Source: Podarcis muralis (Eukaryota). From it: 64,000 bases of DNA. The stretch covers positions 27,776,001 to 27,840,000 of the forward strand of contig NC_135659.1 of assembly GCF_964188315.1 (NCBI RefSeq). Reading direction: 5' to 3'. A program made the position numbers and the translations under genes. Of the stretch, positions 26,186 to 38,744 are shown one piece after another (position 1 is the first letter of the stretch; each line of letters opens with the position of its first letter). The notes beneath the pieces are model-generated. The model was not told the DNA's origin. It made no database searches and saw only the letters and a list, made by a program, of their open reading frames with translations.

Positions 26186-28102
26186 GTGGAGAGGGGGACT
26201 GTTTTATCTGATAATCAGAAATGCTCGCACTATTGGAGGGATCTGCTTAGTGCAACACTGCATTCTAATCCATGCACAGATGGAATGTTCAGAACAGCAC
26301 AGTGTTGAATTCCACCCAAGATTTTACAACATGCTACGCATATTCTAATGTACTTTCTTGAGACTGTCCTAGCACATTGCTGTGGATAATAGAATTCCAT
26401 AGCAGATGGAATCCCTGCTCCTGAAGAACTTGCCAAATAGGTTGAGGTCCATTTGCTGGAATCTACCATATATCTGGGCCGTTTCTTGAACTCCTCGTGA
26501 TTGAGAAACAAGCAACATTAGGACTTTGGAGAAGCTTCTGGGCACCAACACAGCCAAATGGCATCAAACAGCTTCTCCAAAAGCCTATGAAGAACCCTAC
26601 CTTCCAGTGAAGGATCTCAGAACCTGGTGCTTTCTGAAAAAATAAATTTAAATACACTAGGACTGAAGTAAATCTAACATTTTCAGAATTAGATCCATTT
26701 AGTGTTGGCCATCTCTATAATCAAATGCAGGGCCAAACATGTGTTTCTGGACCCCCTTCATCTTTGATTTTATATTCTTACGGTGTTAGTGATGCTTTTG
26801 TAACCTGCAACAGATCAGGCTGAGTGATTCGTTAGTGAATCCTGACTGCCAGTTGGAAACCAATGATCTAATAAACACAGTCTATGGGAGAAAGGTTGAA
26901 GATACAATGGGCGGTATCTAGAGTTCCTTTGAGTGGAAATCTACTCAAAGGATGTTCCTGTTGAAGGAAGGGGAGGGGAGTGATTTTTGCCACTTCCCCC
27001 TTCCCTTTGGAGTTCCTGTGCTCCCTGAAAGCTGCTCCAGAGGTATGGAAAGTGCCCTGGAAGCTGCAGATAGGAAGAAAAGTGTGGATTGAAATAACTA
27101 TTACATTCATACATAAAATATAGGTTTGCTAAATTCTTCTGGTTGTGAGGACTGATTCGCGTACACAGGTTCACTACCAGAAGTCTCCACATTTGCTGGC
27201 TTATCACTTGGCTCTGAGTGAATTTTGTTGGGGTGGGTGCAGAGTGCCCATTCAACTCACCAGTGGAGTGTGCCAATGGAACAGAAAAATCCCAGACAGC
27301 TCTTGGTAGGGTCAGTCCCCTTACTGACAGTAAAATGCAGTCCCACATCTTAGCAGTTACATACAATTGTAGTATAGGGTCCTTCCAGCAGCATAGAGTC
27401 TCCTTGCATTGTTCCAACACAGACTAGGTTCTGATCAAGAAGCCTTGCTTCACACAAGTGTATTTAGATTATGCTGAATCACTCTCACATGCTTGCTGAA
27501 TCACTCTCATGTGCTTAACTAGTTGCAGGTGCAGGACAAGCACACCCAAAATTAACTAGCACACTTAACTTAACCCTTTCTTCTCCTTTTTCTTTGCATG
27601 CATAAACCCTTGTACATCATCAGATTTCCTGAGAGCTAAGCTGATAGGGCAAATAAAAAATATATATAAACACCCTTGTCTCCACTGTGGTGCTAGCTTT
27701 GGATGATACAGACATTCTGAGGGAACTGAGAATACTTTATTATTGTATTCATTTATTCATAAAATTTATATATTGCTTGGTGGTTGTTGTTTTTTTAAAA
27801 AACCCCTCAAAGAATAACAAAAAGAATTACCCAATGAAATTATCAGTAAAAACAATTCAAAGCCTTCAAAAAAAGTTATAGTCAACAATAAGCTAAAAAG
27901 TAAGGTTAAAACGCACGTCAACATTCTACTTGTCTGGATATGCTTGCCTAAACAAAAATGTTTTTAGCAGAAGTCAAAGAGACTACAAGAGAAGGATACC
28001 TACCTGACACAGCACATCAGGAAGAAGCTTGCCTCTCTCTCCATCCACCCCCCCCCCGCTAATTTCGCATGCACTTATATAAGAGCAACATTCAAAATTG
28101 TA

Positions 28103-28615
28103 CAGTGGTACCTTGGTTCTCAAACAAATCCATGGAAGTCCATTCCAAAACCAAAGCATTCCAATAGGAGCGTTTTCCCATAGAAAGTAATGCAAAATGG
28201 ATTAATCCGTTCCAGACTTTTAAAAACAACCCCTAAAAGAGCAATTTAACATGAATTTTACTATCTAACGAGACCATTGATTCATAAAATGAAAGCAATA
28301 CACAATGTGCTGCAGACACACAATCAATCAATCAATCAATCAATCAATCTATCAGTAGTTGAACTGGGTTCCACACAGTCACAAAAACAAAACAAAAAAG
28401 GCACAAAAACGCAAAATAAATAGCAAAAACAGACAGACCTCAGTGTAACACTCAAAACAGAAGTATGGCACTCAAATCGGAACTGTAACACTCAAAATGG
28501 AGCATGGTTGGCTTCCGGAAAAAGGTTGCAAACCGGAACACTTACTTCCGGGTTTGCAGTGTTTGGGTTCCAAGCTGTTTGAGTACCAAGGCGTTTGAGA
28601 ACCAAGGTATCACTG
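28103..28615. mobile_element. Tigger-like MITE
   Basis: TA|CAGTGGTACCTTGGTTCTCAAAC ... GTTTGAGAACCAAGGTATCACTG|TA. Confidence 0.88.
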
Positions 28616-31191
28616 TAATTTCTAACTTGCCAATTATAATGGTTCTGTCCATATGATGCTCTGCTGCTTGAGTTTGCCAAATGCACAAGATGGCCCAGAG
28701 CCTAAGATTGCTGTCAAAAATCCAAGACCACTTGAACATCAACATGTTCATGTATCTGCAAATGGTCTTAAAACATTTAGACCAAAAAACTTGAGGTAGA
28801 GAAATGGAAAACAAGGGCGGGACGAGCTCGAATGCAAAGAATTTCAGTATTTTTGGCTGAATTCAGGATGGACTGTCCTTGGTCCACGGAGACGGCATTG
28901 TGGGCAGACAGAAATCTGTAATGAACAATATCATTACAGCAGGAGCCTGTTGTTCCCTTGAGGCACGTTCCCATGGGGCCATATTTTTGTAAACTGCAAG
29001 TCTATCAAAACCAGCCAGCAAAACAATTTTTCTGTCTTGGGACCTCAATTTAGTCCTGGAGTGATTAACCTCTCATCCTTTTGAGCTTCTTCCTTCAATA
29101 CTGCTATATTTTCTTTCCGTTAAAATTGCTTTCGGGCTCCATCAGCTTGGCTATAAGAATTTGTGAACTCAATTTGGTGTCCACGAAAGAAACTTATTTG
29201 TGATCTATGAAAGGAGAAAAGTTCTCTGACCCCTAGAGTCCTACAGGAATAAAGTAGAAAACCCACTTTCACACCACCCAAGAGACTGTTTTCTACTTCT
29301 TGTCTTTCTACCCAGATAATAACTTTCAAGAAGAAGGAGTAAAATGGAGGCTCTTGGAACGTTTTTACAAAAATCTCAGTTTCTACAATATTTCTCTTTC
29401 TTCCTTTCTTCCTTTCTGCTTCTGAGAGATCACTTCTGGGCAAGGTAGCCCATGTGCTATTTCACAGAAGGTCAATTTTGGAAAAGATGTTCATGGGCCA
29501 TTCTATAAGATGGTGCATTAGTTCCTCCTTGGAAGAGAAGACCTCAAACGTAATTGAAAATTGGGCACAGTCAACCTTTAGTGATATAGCCAAACTGTGG
29601 CTATACCTACACAAATAAGGGCTGTGCTGTGAAGTTTGAAAATTATTGCACTCTCACCAACAGATTCCCCCCTCCCCCAATACAGAAGAGAATTAATGGT
29701 TTTTCTCCTATTACTTTCTCTTGCATTGAAGAACAATGAACACATGGTATTTCGCCATGGAACTAGAGGATGCTAAGACTTCCAAATAAGCAACACTTTC
29801 AAATATTATTTATTTGTTATTATTTTTAGGGACTTAAGCCTGCTGAAAAGCAGCAGCAGCATTCATGACATGTTTCTGAAGCCACTTTTTCATTCAGTGG
29901 GCATCAGAGGTCACCCATGGAAAAGAAAGAAAGGCACATCGCTAGGAATGTGCATTATATCACATGTCTGATATCCTGTCCGAAAGGACAAATGCATTCA
30001 TCCAGCTAAGAAGCTAAACATGCAAAAGTTTCTAAAGCAAAAACAGGCCAGGTTTCATATTCTAGAGCTGCTGCTATATAAAATGTCCACACGGTCAAAA
30101 TAAACCCCTTCATTCTATTCCCTTTCCGGTTACAGCTGCTAGAAATAATGACTGCAGAATCCTTTTCAACAAAAGGTCATTTATGTCAATGGACAGCACA
30201 TAGAGGATCAGATCACCTGCGGTAATTGCAAATTAATGCTCTACTGCTAATGCATTAACTACACACTATTGATCTACAATTGAATCATACGGGCTGCTGT
30301 GAAGTGATTTTTTACTTTAATATTTTTTGTGCTTTTATGGAGTTTTCCATAATGCATTTTCTCTTTCAACTGGAGTTTTCTATAATTGTCTCCATTTTTA
30401 ATTTCCTACAGTGAGATGACTTCTAAAAATGCATGTCTCTGCCTCAAAAGCTTTTTTTAAAAAAAATAATAATATATAAATATATTTTTTAAAATCTACC
30501 AAAGGGAAAGATGTGACTCAGTAGAGCACATACGTGAGAGAAAAGAGATATGCGAAAAGGGATGAAAGTCTTATTTGTCAAATCAAAGATTTAGGGGAAA
30601 GAACTCTCTTTTTAAAAAAGCAAAACATATGTTGAACTGGAATGCTACACTTTGTTAAAAATAACTAAATCTAAGGATTAATTTACCTCTCATCAAAGAA
30701 ATATCAAGCATCTGGAGTGATGTATATACCAGGAACTGACTTTTTCTTAACACTGTTACCTTTGGGCTTTTTTTCATATGTACGCAGCAAAGGAAATGAT
30801 GGCTTTACTGTGTTTAAGCAATAACTATCCCCACAAAAACTCCATATCCCACTAATTAGAAAAATACCTAAGAATTTATAATGCTCAGAAAGAGTCAGAG
30901 GTTGGGTTTTGTCTCACACTCCACCTACATCACCAAAGCAAATTCTTTCCTTAATTAAATATGTTCAATTCAGCTGTTGAATGTGCTTAAATTAACTGTA
31001 CTGGCATTTGTTCAGATGCTGATCTCCTGGTTATGTAAAAAAAAGAAGAAGAAGAAGAAGAAAGGGAGGGGTGAGAACCCTAAAAGAAAACCTCGGTTAT
31101 ATTACGGAGGGTGAAATAGGTCCCATAAAAATCCAAGCCAGGTGTCTCTGTTTTCCACAAGACACACCATAATGAATCATGCTGTTCTGTA

Positions 31192-31512
31192 GTATACCTG
31201 AAGGAGCGTCTCCACCCCCATCGTTCAGCCCGGACACTGAGATCCAGCACCGAGGGCCTTCTGGCGGTTCCCTCATTGCGAGAAGTGAGGCTACAGGGAA
31301 CCAGACAGAGGGCCTTCTTGGTAGTGGTGCCCGCCCTGTGGAACACCCTCCCATCAGATGTCAAAGAGATAAATAATTACCTGACATTCAGAAGACATCT
31401 TAAGGCAGCCCTGTTCAGGGAAGTTTTTAATATGTAACGCTGTACTGTTTTTAACACTGATTGGGAGCCGCCCAGAGTGGCTGGGGAAACTCAGCCAGAT
31501 GGGTGGGGTATA

Positions 31513-31567
<55 letters not shown>

Positions 31568-31575
31568 TAATAATA
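31192..31575 (+). mobile_element. L2 LINE 3' fragment with (TAA)n tail
   Basis: YLKERL-like coding end, GGAACACCCTCCCATCAGATGTCAAAGAG, GGGAGCCGCCCAGAGTGG and a (TAA)n tail. Confidence 0.8.
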
Positions 31576-32280
31576 ATACTAATACTACTACTAATAATAA
31601 TAATTATAGTATCTTAGGTATTTATTCACTTTGAACTTTAAATTTTCACTCAATAACTTCATATTTAAGGCCACATACAGAACCATTTTTAAGGGGTGCA
31701 TGCATACACACACACACCAACCAAAGCTGACCTGCTGCCAAGCTGACCTGACCCAGATCTGGGTCCCAAATCAACTCAGGGCCCACATCCGATGTTTAAT
31801 TAGGAATTTAAACCTTAAGTAAACATGCAGCCAGGAACAGAAGTGCAGCAGCAGGAGGAGGAGGCATTGTGTTTACCTCCTCCCCTCCCAACTCGGTGTT
31901 TAATTAGGGTTCTAAACCCCTAATTAAACATATGGTCAGGAAGAAGAAGCAATAGAGTGGCTGGAGGCAGACAGAGAGGGATAAGGCAGCAGGGATATCA
32001 GGGTGGGGTGGAAGCGGCAGTGGAGCCAATCCAACACTCCGGCCACAACACCCACACCACACAGAGCTTCCTCCTGTCTCCCCCTTTCGATAAGTGTGTG
32101 GCATTGGAAAGCCAGGTAAGCAACGCTTCTCCTCCCATGCTGCCCCCTCAGTCACTGCAAGGCAGCCCTGCCAAACACTACTGCACATGTTTACTTGAAA
32201 GCAAGTCCCAGAGAATGAAGGGGGTTTAATTTCTAGTAAGAATGCATGTCTCTGTCCACCCCTCACCCCAGAGCTACCGC

Positions 32281-32696
32281 CAGGGCCGTCTTAAGTATAT
32301 CCGGCGCCGTGGTGTAAAGATCCCTCCGGCGCTCCCCCCCCCCCCCCGTTTCCCAGAGTTGCCAACTTTTTTATGGTGCTGCTGGCAGCTTTGTGGGGCT
32401 GGAGGCTCCTCTGGCGGGGAAGAGGCGGAGGCTCTGGGCGCGGCGCTGCTTCAGTGAGGCGGGAGAGGGCGGCAAGCTGATGCCGGGAGGCACTATGCCC
32501 AGTCTCCGCCTCTTCCCTGGCATCCGTGCCACAGTGGCCACAGCAGGCAGAGGCTCCGGGCGTGGCGTTGCTTTGGCGCGGCATGGTGGAGGCGGGCATG
32601 GGCAGCGAGCTGATGCCGGGAGGTGCCACGTCCAGCCTCCGCCACTTCCCTGGTGCCCTCTGGAACTTGGCGCCCCGGCGCCCTGCGCCTCTATGG
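32281..32696. mobile_element. GC-rich non-autonomous DNA transposon-like segment (CAGGGCCG start)
   Basis: Abrupt GC/CpG-rich block beginning CAGGGCCGTCTTAAG. The right end was not resolved. Confidence 0.45.
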
Positions 32697-32947
32697 CAGG
32701 GGTCGGCAAACTTTTTCAGCAGGCGGCCAGTCCACTGTCCCTCAGACTTTGTGGGGGGGGGCAGACTATAGTTTGGGGAAAAAATGAACGAATTCCTATG
32801 CCCCACAAATAACCCAGAGATGCATTTTAAATAAAAGCATACATTCTACTCATGTAAAAGCATGCTGATTCCCAGACTGTCCGTGGGCCGGATTTAGAAG
32901 GCGATTGGGCCAGATCTGGCCCACGGGCCTTAGGTTGCCTACCCCTG
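32697..32947. mobile_element. hAT MITE
   Basis: CAGGGGTCGGCAAAC ... GGTTGCCTACCCCTG; TSD CTCTATGG/CTCTATGT (7/8). Confidence 0.85.
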
Positions 32948-33944
32948 CTCTATGTTCAAGATGCCCTCCTTTTTCATAGCCCCAGGCTGATCTAGGGTCA
33001 TCTCAATCTGATTCGCCCAAAGACTGGAACCACCCAAATTTGTTTCAGAATTCAGACCTCAGCTGAATCTGGTGCTTAGCTCTAGTGTTTTTGCTTTTAA
33101 AAGAAGAAAACTGGCTTTTAGTACAGCAGGTGGAACCAGTTCAATGGACAGATAAATCAGGAAACATCTTGCATGCACAAGCTTAAATTTGTTTGTAGAG
33201 AAGAAAGCATGGGCACTGTGTTAAGGAAACAAACATTGGAAGGATCTGTGCTCTTCAAAAGGTTTTGATAGGGGAAATTGTTTGATAAAGATTGATAAAG
33301 CTGAAGTCCAGCTAAACTTGTACTTTTTAAATTGTTGCAATCCACCTGGGATGTTATGGTGAAGGGTGAGTAAGTAATCAAATAAATACATAATATATAT
33401 CTAAGCGCTTGCTTTAACCTACTGGTACCATGGGATAACTAAGCACCAGTTTAACTCTCTGCCCCTGAAAACAATTTGGCATGAAAACGCTTAATATGAG
33501 CAGGGCTAACACATGCTTGCATCCACATCTTGTCACTCTCTTGTGGGATTGTCACTGCAACAAACTGAAGCAGTAGAAGAGAACCCACGGTTCATTTCAG
33601 TGGGGCAAGATTGAAGACATTTCCTATGTGCTGGTTCCTTTGCCTTTATCATTGCACACGCCTAGATTCTGCAGAAACCTCTTCTGCCAAGTTGTTTTGG
33701 TAAAGCCTCTCCTCCTTGCAGAGGGGAGGAGTTGTGAGCAGGAGCCATTTCCCGCATTGGCAGGGGGTGTTTCGGCCCCTGCCCAGCCATTCCAGCTGCC
33801 CCGCCATGCCCCCGGGTAGCCAACCAACCAGGTGGAGGCTTGGCGAGTCCTTGAATCACAATTGCTTTTCCCCACCCTCAACAGAAAGGTGTTGGAGTTC
33901 AAGCACAACCGGGAATAACACCATGTGATAAACCTGGGCCTTGT

Positions 33945-34079
33945 CCACCAGTTCCCAGCTCTCTGGAATCAGTGAAAATTGACTCTCCCATCCAGCAGTT
34001 TCCACAACCACCAGTTCCCAGCTCTCTGGAAACTGGTGGTTGTGGAAACTGCTGGATGGGAGAGTCAATTTTCACTGAT
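33945..34079. repeat. Perfect 49-bp inverted repeat overlapping a 24-bp direct repeat
   Basis: Arms 33968-34016 and 34031-34079 with a 14-nt spacer; CCACCAGTTCCCAGCTCTCTGGAA at 33945-33968 and 34008-34031. Confidence 0.93.
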
Positions 34080-34141
34080 CGCCCCATTCCCCTGTGCTCC
34101 CCACGCAGTGAACTGCCCTGAAACCTGTGGGTATAGGATGG

Positions 34142-34196
<55 letters not shown>

Positions 34197-35174
34197 GCAT
34201 GGGGTGGGTTCATTGCTGCTGGTTACCAAGAGGGAGAGGTGCAAGGCAGCAGGGAGCTCAGCATGGTGTGGACACAGTGGTAGAGCCCATTCAACCCTCC
34301 TGCCACTGGATCTGTACCACGCCAAACTCCTGGTGCCTTCTCCCTCCTGCTCTTGGTAACTGGCATGATCACACTGCCAGCTATCACACTGCTATCTGCT
34401 ACTGTCCTCCACACTAATTCAGAGGGTCCCTTAACCCTCAAGAAGAACATTCCATGGGTCACAGGCAGCTACAGTGAGAAGGAAGCATTGGTGACAATAA
34501 TTTCCTCAATCCACTCATGGTTATTCTGGATCCGACCCATCGCATGCACTTCTTTGTGTCTCCATAGTTAATATTTTAAAATGTATCATTAGAGACAAGG
34601 TTGGATTTTGTTTTTTTTTAAAAAGAGTAACATTGAACCTATTCACTTTTGCCTAACTATACATTAGTAAACTAATCAAGTCATCAATTTTTTAACGTCA
34701 AATCAAAGTCCTTAAGCAAGTTGAGTACAAATGGAAGGAGCATTGCAATATATTTCAGCTAATATAACATTTTAATGGAAATCTTCAGAGGCCTGGTGAC
34801 AAATTGTAGGAAGTTATATACTCCTTTGGTTGAGGTTCAGTTCTAATTAGCAGTCATAAATGAAATCAATGGAATATTCCCCTGCTGATCATACTTTTCT
34901 GCAGACATAAATGCTGCTTTAGATTCAGGAAGGCAAAACGAGAAAAAGGCAGGCTCAAAACTGAAGTCTCGGAAATTAGCTATTTTTATTTAGACAGTCC
35001 CGTGGCATATAACTACAAGACTCTCTAAATAAAGCAAATGTAAGTTTCTCTACAGCTATAAAATAATATTAATAGCAGCAAAATTAAAGAGTTTGAGACA
35101 TGGAAAAGGGACACCTAGGTTCTAATCTTCTTCTCTGAGCCTGGTCTTGGCTGGGGAGGGCGGGGTATAAATAA

Positions 35175-35229
<55 letters not shown>

Positions 35230-36235
35230 TCAGACTCTATTCAGTTATTATCACTCAGCATAATCCAGCACTTGAATTATGGAAGGAAGACAGAGGTCCC
35301 CTAATTATATCCTTAAATCACTCCCTGGTTTCACCCAATTTTAGGCAAATTGGCTCTTCCTGGAAGGGGACCATCACAAAATGTATGGAACTCCTACACA
35401 CCTGAGCGCTGATCATATCTCCCTCACAGGGTAGTTAGGAGAGAACTGTGCAATAAAATGCACACCATCCACGACTTTCTTAGAGGAACAGTGTGAGACA
35501 AATCTGTTAAATCAATCAATATGTGTGCACAATAAATTAATTACCAACACACCCAAAGTTGAAATGCAATGGCTCTCAATTTACCTGCCCATCCTATATG
35601 TAACTTGAAATTTGCCATGACTGTAGGTAGCAAGAAGAATTTTAAGCCCACCAAAGCTTAGAACATACCGAGTAGTGGGATTGAAATACTTTTCTAATAT
35701 GGCAGCTTGGCAAATATTCAGGATGTGGTTCCGAACACTGGAAGAAACATTTGTCCCAACAGCCTGACCGAGCAATAGTTTATACTACCCAAAGTTCAAA
35801 ACTGAACTCGGTGGAGATTTCTCTATTAGGGCAAAGAATAAAATGACTTTACAACACAATATTATTGTCAACAGCAAATGTTCAGGTGCTCATTCATTGC
35901 ACAGACATACCCTTGCCATTCCTGGTATGAGTAACATCCTAAAGTAACAAGTTGATCAAACAGTGTTGCCATGGGAGCTACATGGAAATCCAACTAGAGA
36001 AGAGTTGGTTATTGTGGCCCCTGCAGATCTTGCTGGAGTATAACTCCCAACATTCCATTGGCTCTGCTGGCATGAACACATTAATTTTCATAACAATTCC
36101 CAGAAGAAGGAGATAAGGGTAAAAAGATATATTTGGACTTATCATGGGCACGTCCCCCCTCCCACTTTAAGGCCAAATCTCAGTTGTTGTTTTATTGTAA
36201 AACATATTACTGTGTGTGTCTTTTTTAAGCTATCA

Positions 36236-36454
<219 letters not shown>

Positions 36455-37076
36455 TCAACTCTCCTCTTTCCTCTTCTCTCCAACCAGTCGCAGGCTTCAT
36501 TTCCTATCCTGACACTTTTCCATGCTTGGAACCACCTCTTCACCTGTTATTTCTCCAGCCACACCCACCAACCAACCAACCAACCAACCAACTTTCCTCC
36601 TCAGCATAGTTTTCCCTGGACTCCCACAGAGTTGCCGTGCAGACCTGGAAAACCTGCTCTGTTGACAGGGTGGTTGTTGTTTTCTTTCTGGAAAATTCCA
36701 GAAATCTGGATGAGTTGCTAGAGAAAATCCTGTGTGTGTCTGAGGATCTACAGCCGTGTTCGGGTGTTGATAAGACTGTGGAGGGCACAGTGGACACACA
36801 ATCTCGGTATGGGAAGGTCAAGGTTGTAGTGGCCAGGAGTGGCAAATGTAGCCCTACAAAAGTCTGTCTTCATCTCTATATTTATTATTATTAACCACAA
36901 TCCTTACTTTAATTAGAAGCATTTATGGACCACTTAATCATAAACTCTCTAAGCAGTGCATATATTAAATTTATCTATTTATTTAGAAAGATGTCTAGGA
37001 CAGCGGACCAGAAACCTCTCTAAGTTTATAGTATATCACTTATATGTATAAACACGTGTGTATAATAATGCATATA

Positions 37077-38692
37077 CAGTGGTACCCCGCAAGACGAACG
37101 CCTCGCAAGACGGAAAACCCGCTAGACGAAAGGTTTTTCCGTTTTGGAGACGCTTCGCAAAACGAATTTCCCTATGGGCTTCCTTCGCAAGACGAAAGCC
37201 CATAGGGAAATCTCCGGGACAGGGCGTCTTGCCCACTGTCCTCGGACCTCCTCCCGCCGCCAGGCTTCGGAAGGCTGCTCTGAAGCCTGGCGGGGGGCGG
37301 AGAGGTTTTTTAAAAACCCCGGGACAGCGGAGGACTTCTCTGCTGTCCGGGGCGATTTTAAAATGCTGCCGGGCGGCAGCGCTGCCGCCCAGCAGCATTT
37401 AAAAAAACCCCGGGACAGCGGGGGACTTCTCCTTTGTCCCGAGGTTTTTTAAAATGCTGGCGGGCGGCAGCGAAGGCTTCGCTGCCGCCCGCCAGCATTT
37501 TAAATTCGCCCCGGACAGCGGAGAAGTCCCCCGCTGTCCCGAGGTTTTTTAAAATGCTGGCGTCTTCCCCTTTCTCCCCGGACCTCTTTTGAAGCAAGGG
37601 GCGGCAAAGGGGAGAAGCGATCTTCTCCCCGTTGCCGCCCCTTGCTTCAAAAGAGGGGACAGAGGGAAAGGCGCGCGCCTTCTCCTCTCTCCCCGGACCC
37701 CTTTTGAAACAAGGGGCGGCAAAGGGGAGAAGCGATCTTCTCTCCGTTGCCTCCCCTTGCTTCAAAAGAGGGGACAGAGGGAAAGGCGCGCGCCTTCCTC
37801 TCTCTCCCCCCGGACCCCTTTTGAAGCAAGGGGCGGCAAAGGGGAGAAGCGATCTTCTCCCCGTTGCCGCCCCTTGCTTCAAAAGAGGGGACAGAGGGAA
37901 AGGCGCGCGCCTTCCTCTCTCTCCCCCCGGACCCCTTTTGAAGCAAGGGGCGGCAAAGGGGAGAAGCGATCTTCTCCCCTCCGCCCCTTGCTTCAAAAGA
38001 GGGGAAGGCTGGCGGGGGGCGAAAATCTTTGTCCCCCCTGGCTGCCTTCCCGGGAGGGCTTTTAAATCGCCCCGGACAGCGGAGAAGTCCTCCGCTGTCC
38101 GGGGCGATTTTAAAATGCTGCCGTGGGGGGGGGAGCAAAGACTTTCGCCCCCCCAGCCTTCTGAAGGCTGGCGGGGGGCGAAAATCTTTGTCCCCCCCTG
38201 CCTGCCTGCCTGCCTTTAAAAGCCCTCCCGGGGGAGCGGAGAAACGCGCTGCGTTTCTCCGCTCTCCCGGGAGGGCTTTTAAAAGCAGGCAGGCAGGGGG
38301 GACAAAGATTTTCGCCCCCCGCCAGCCTTCAGAAGAGGTCCTGGACCTCTTCTGAAGGCTGGTGGGGGGCGAAAATCTTTGTCCCCCCTGGCTGCCTTCC
38401 CGGGAGGGCTTTTAAATCGCCCCGGACAGCGGAGAAGTCCTCCGCTGTCCGGGGCGATTTTAAAATGCTGCCGTGGGGGGGGGGGGAGCAAAGACTTTCG
38501 CCCCCCCCCCCAGCCTTCAGAAGAGGTCGGGGGACAGATTGTCCCCGGACCTGGTCTGAAGTCGGTTTCCATAGGAACGCATTAATTGATTTTCAATGCA
38601 TTCCTATGGGAAACCGTGCAGCGCAAGACGAAAAACTCGCAAGAAGAAAAAACTTGCGGAACGAATTAATTTCGTCTTGCGAGGCACCACTA
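37077..38692. mobile_element. Non-autonomous Tc1/mariner (Tigger/pogo-like) element with GC-rich internal tandem hairpin array
   Basis: TA|CAGTGGTACCCCGCAAGACGAA ... TTCGTCTTGCGAGGCACCACTA|TA. Its termini are shared with the short copy at 62388-62700. Confidence 0.88.
37578..38004. repeat. Minisatellite of 115-117-bp palindromic units (3 full plus 1 partial)
   Basis: Unit marker CCGGAC at 37578, 37693, 37810 and 37927. Each unit contains a long inverted repeat. Confidence 0.92.
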
Positions 38693-38734
38693 TACTATGA
38701 AAGAATTCAAGGCTGGACTGGATGAATCGAGAAA

Positions 38735-38744
38735 CAAGATGGCG
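38735..38744 (+). promoter_or_regulatory. YY1 consensus motif (CAAGATGGCG) near the LINE 5' end; candidate internal promoter element
   Basis: Exact YY1 core at +28 to +37 of the element. An ETS-type ACTTCCTG lies at about 38808-38815. Function is inferred. Confidence 0.5.

Noticed and set aside
32291-32812. Cluster of overlapping GC-rich ORFs
   Set aside because: They lie within DNA-transposon-like GC-rich sequence; Ala/Gly/Arg/Pro-biased with no recognisable domain.
33899-34417. ORFs with poly-Ile, poly-Tyr or poly-Asn
   Set aside because: Translations of an (AAT)n microsatellite; the same applies to 60031-60270 and the VCVC/HTHT ORFs.
37578-38004. CRISPR-like array of palindromic repeats
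   Set aside because: There are no unique spacers (whole units repeat), no cas genes, and the context is a vertebrate intron.
37036-38725. Many long overlapping ORFs on both strands (up to 212 aa)
   Set aside because: They arise from a GC-rich, stop-poor tandem palindromic array inside a MITE; the peptides are periodic and have no protein motifs.
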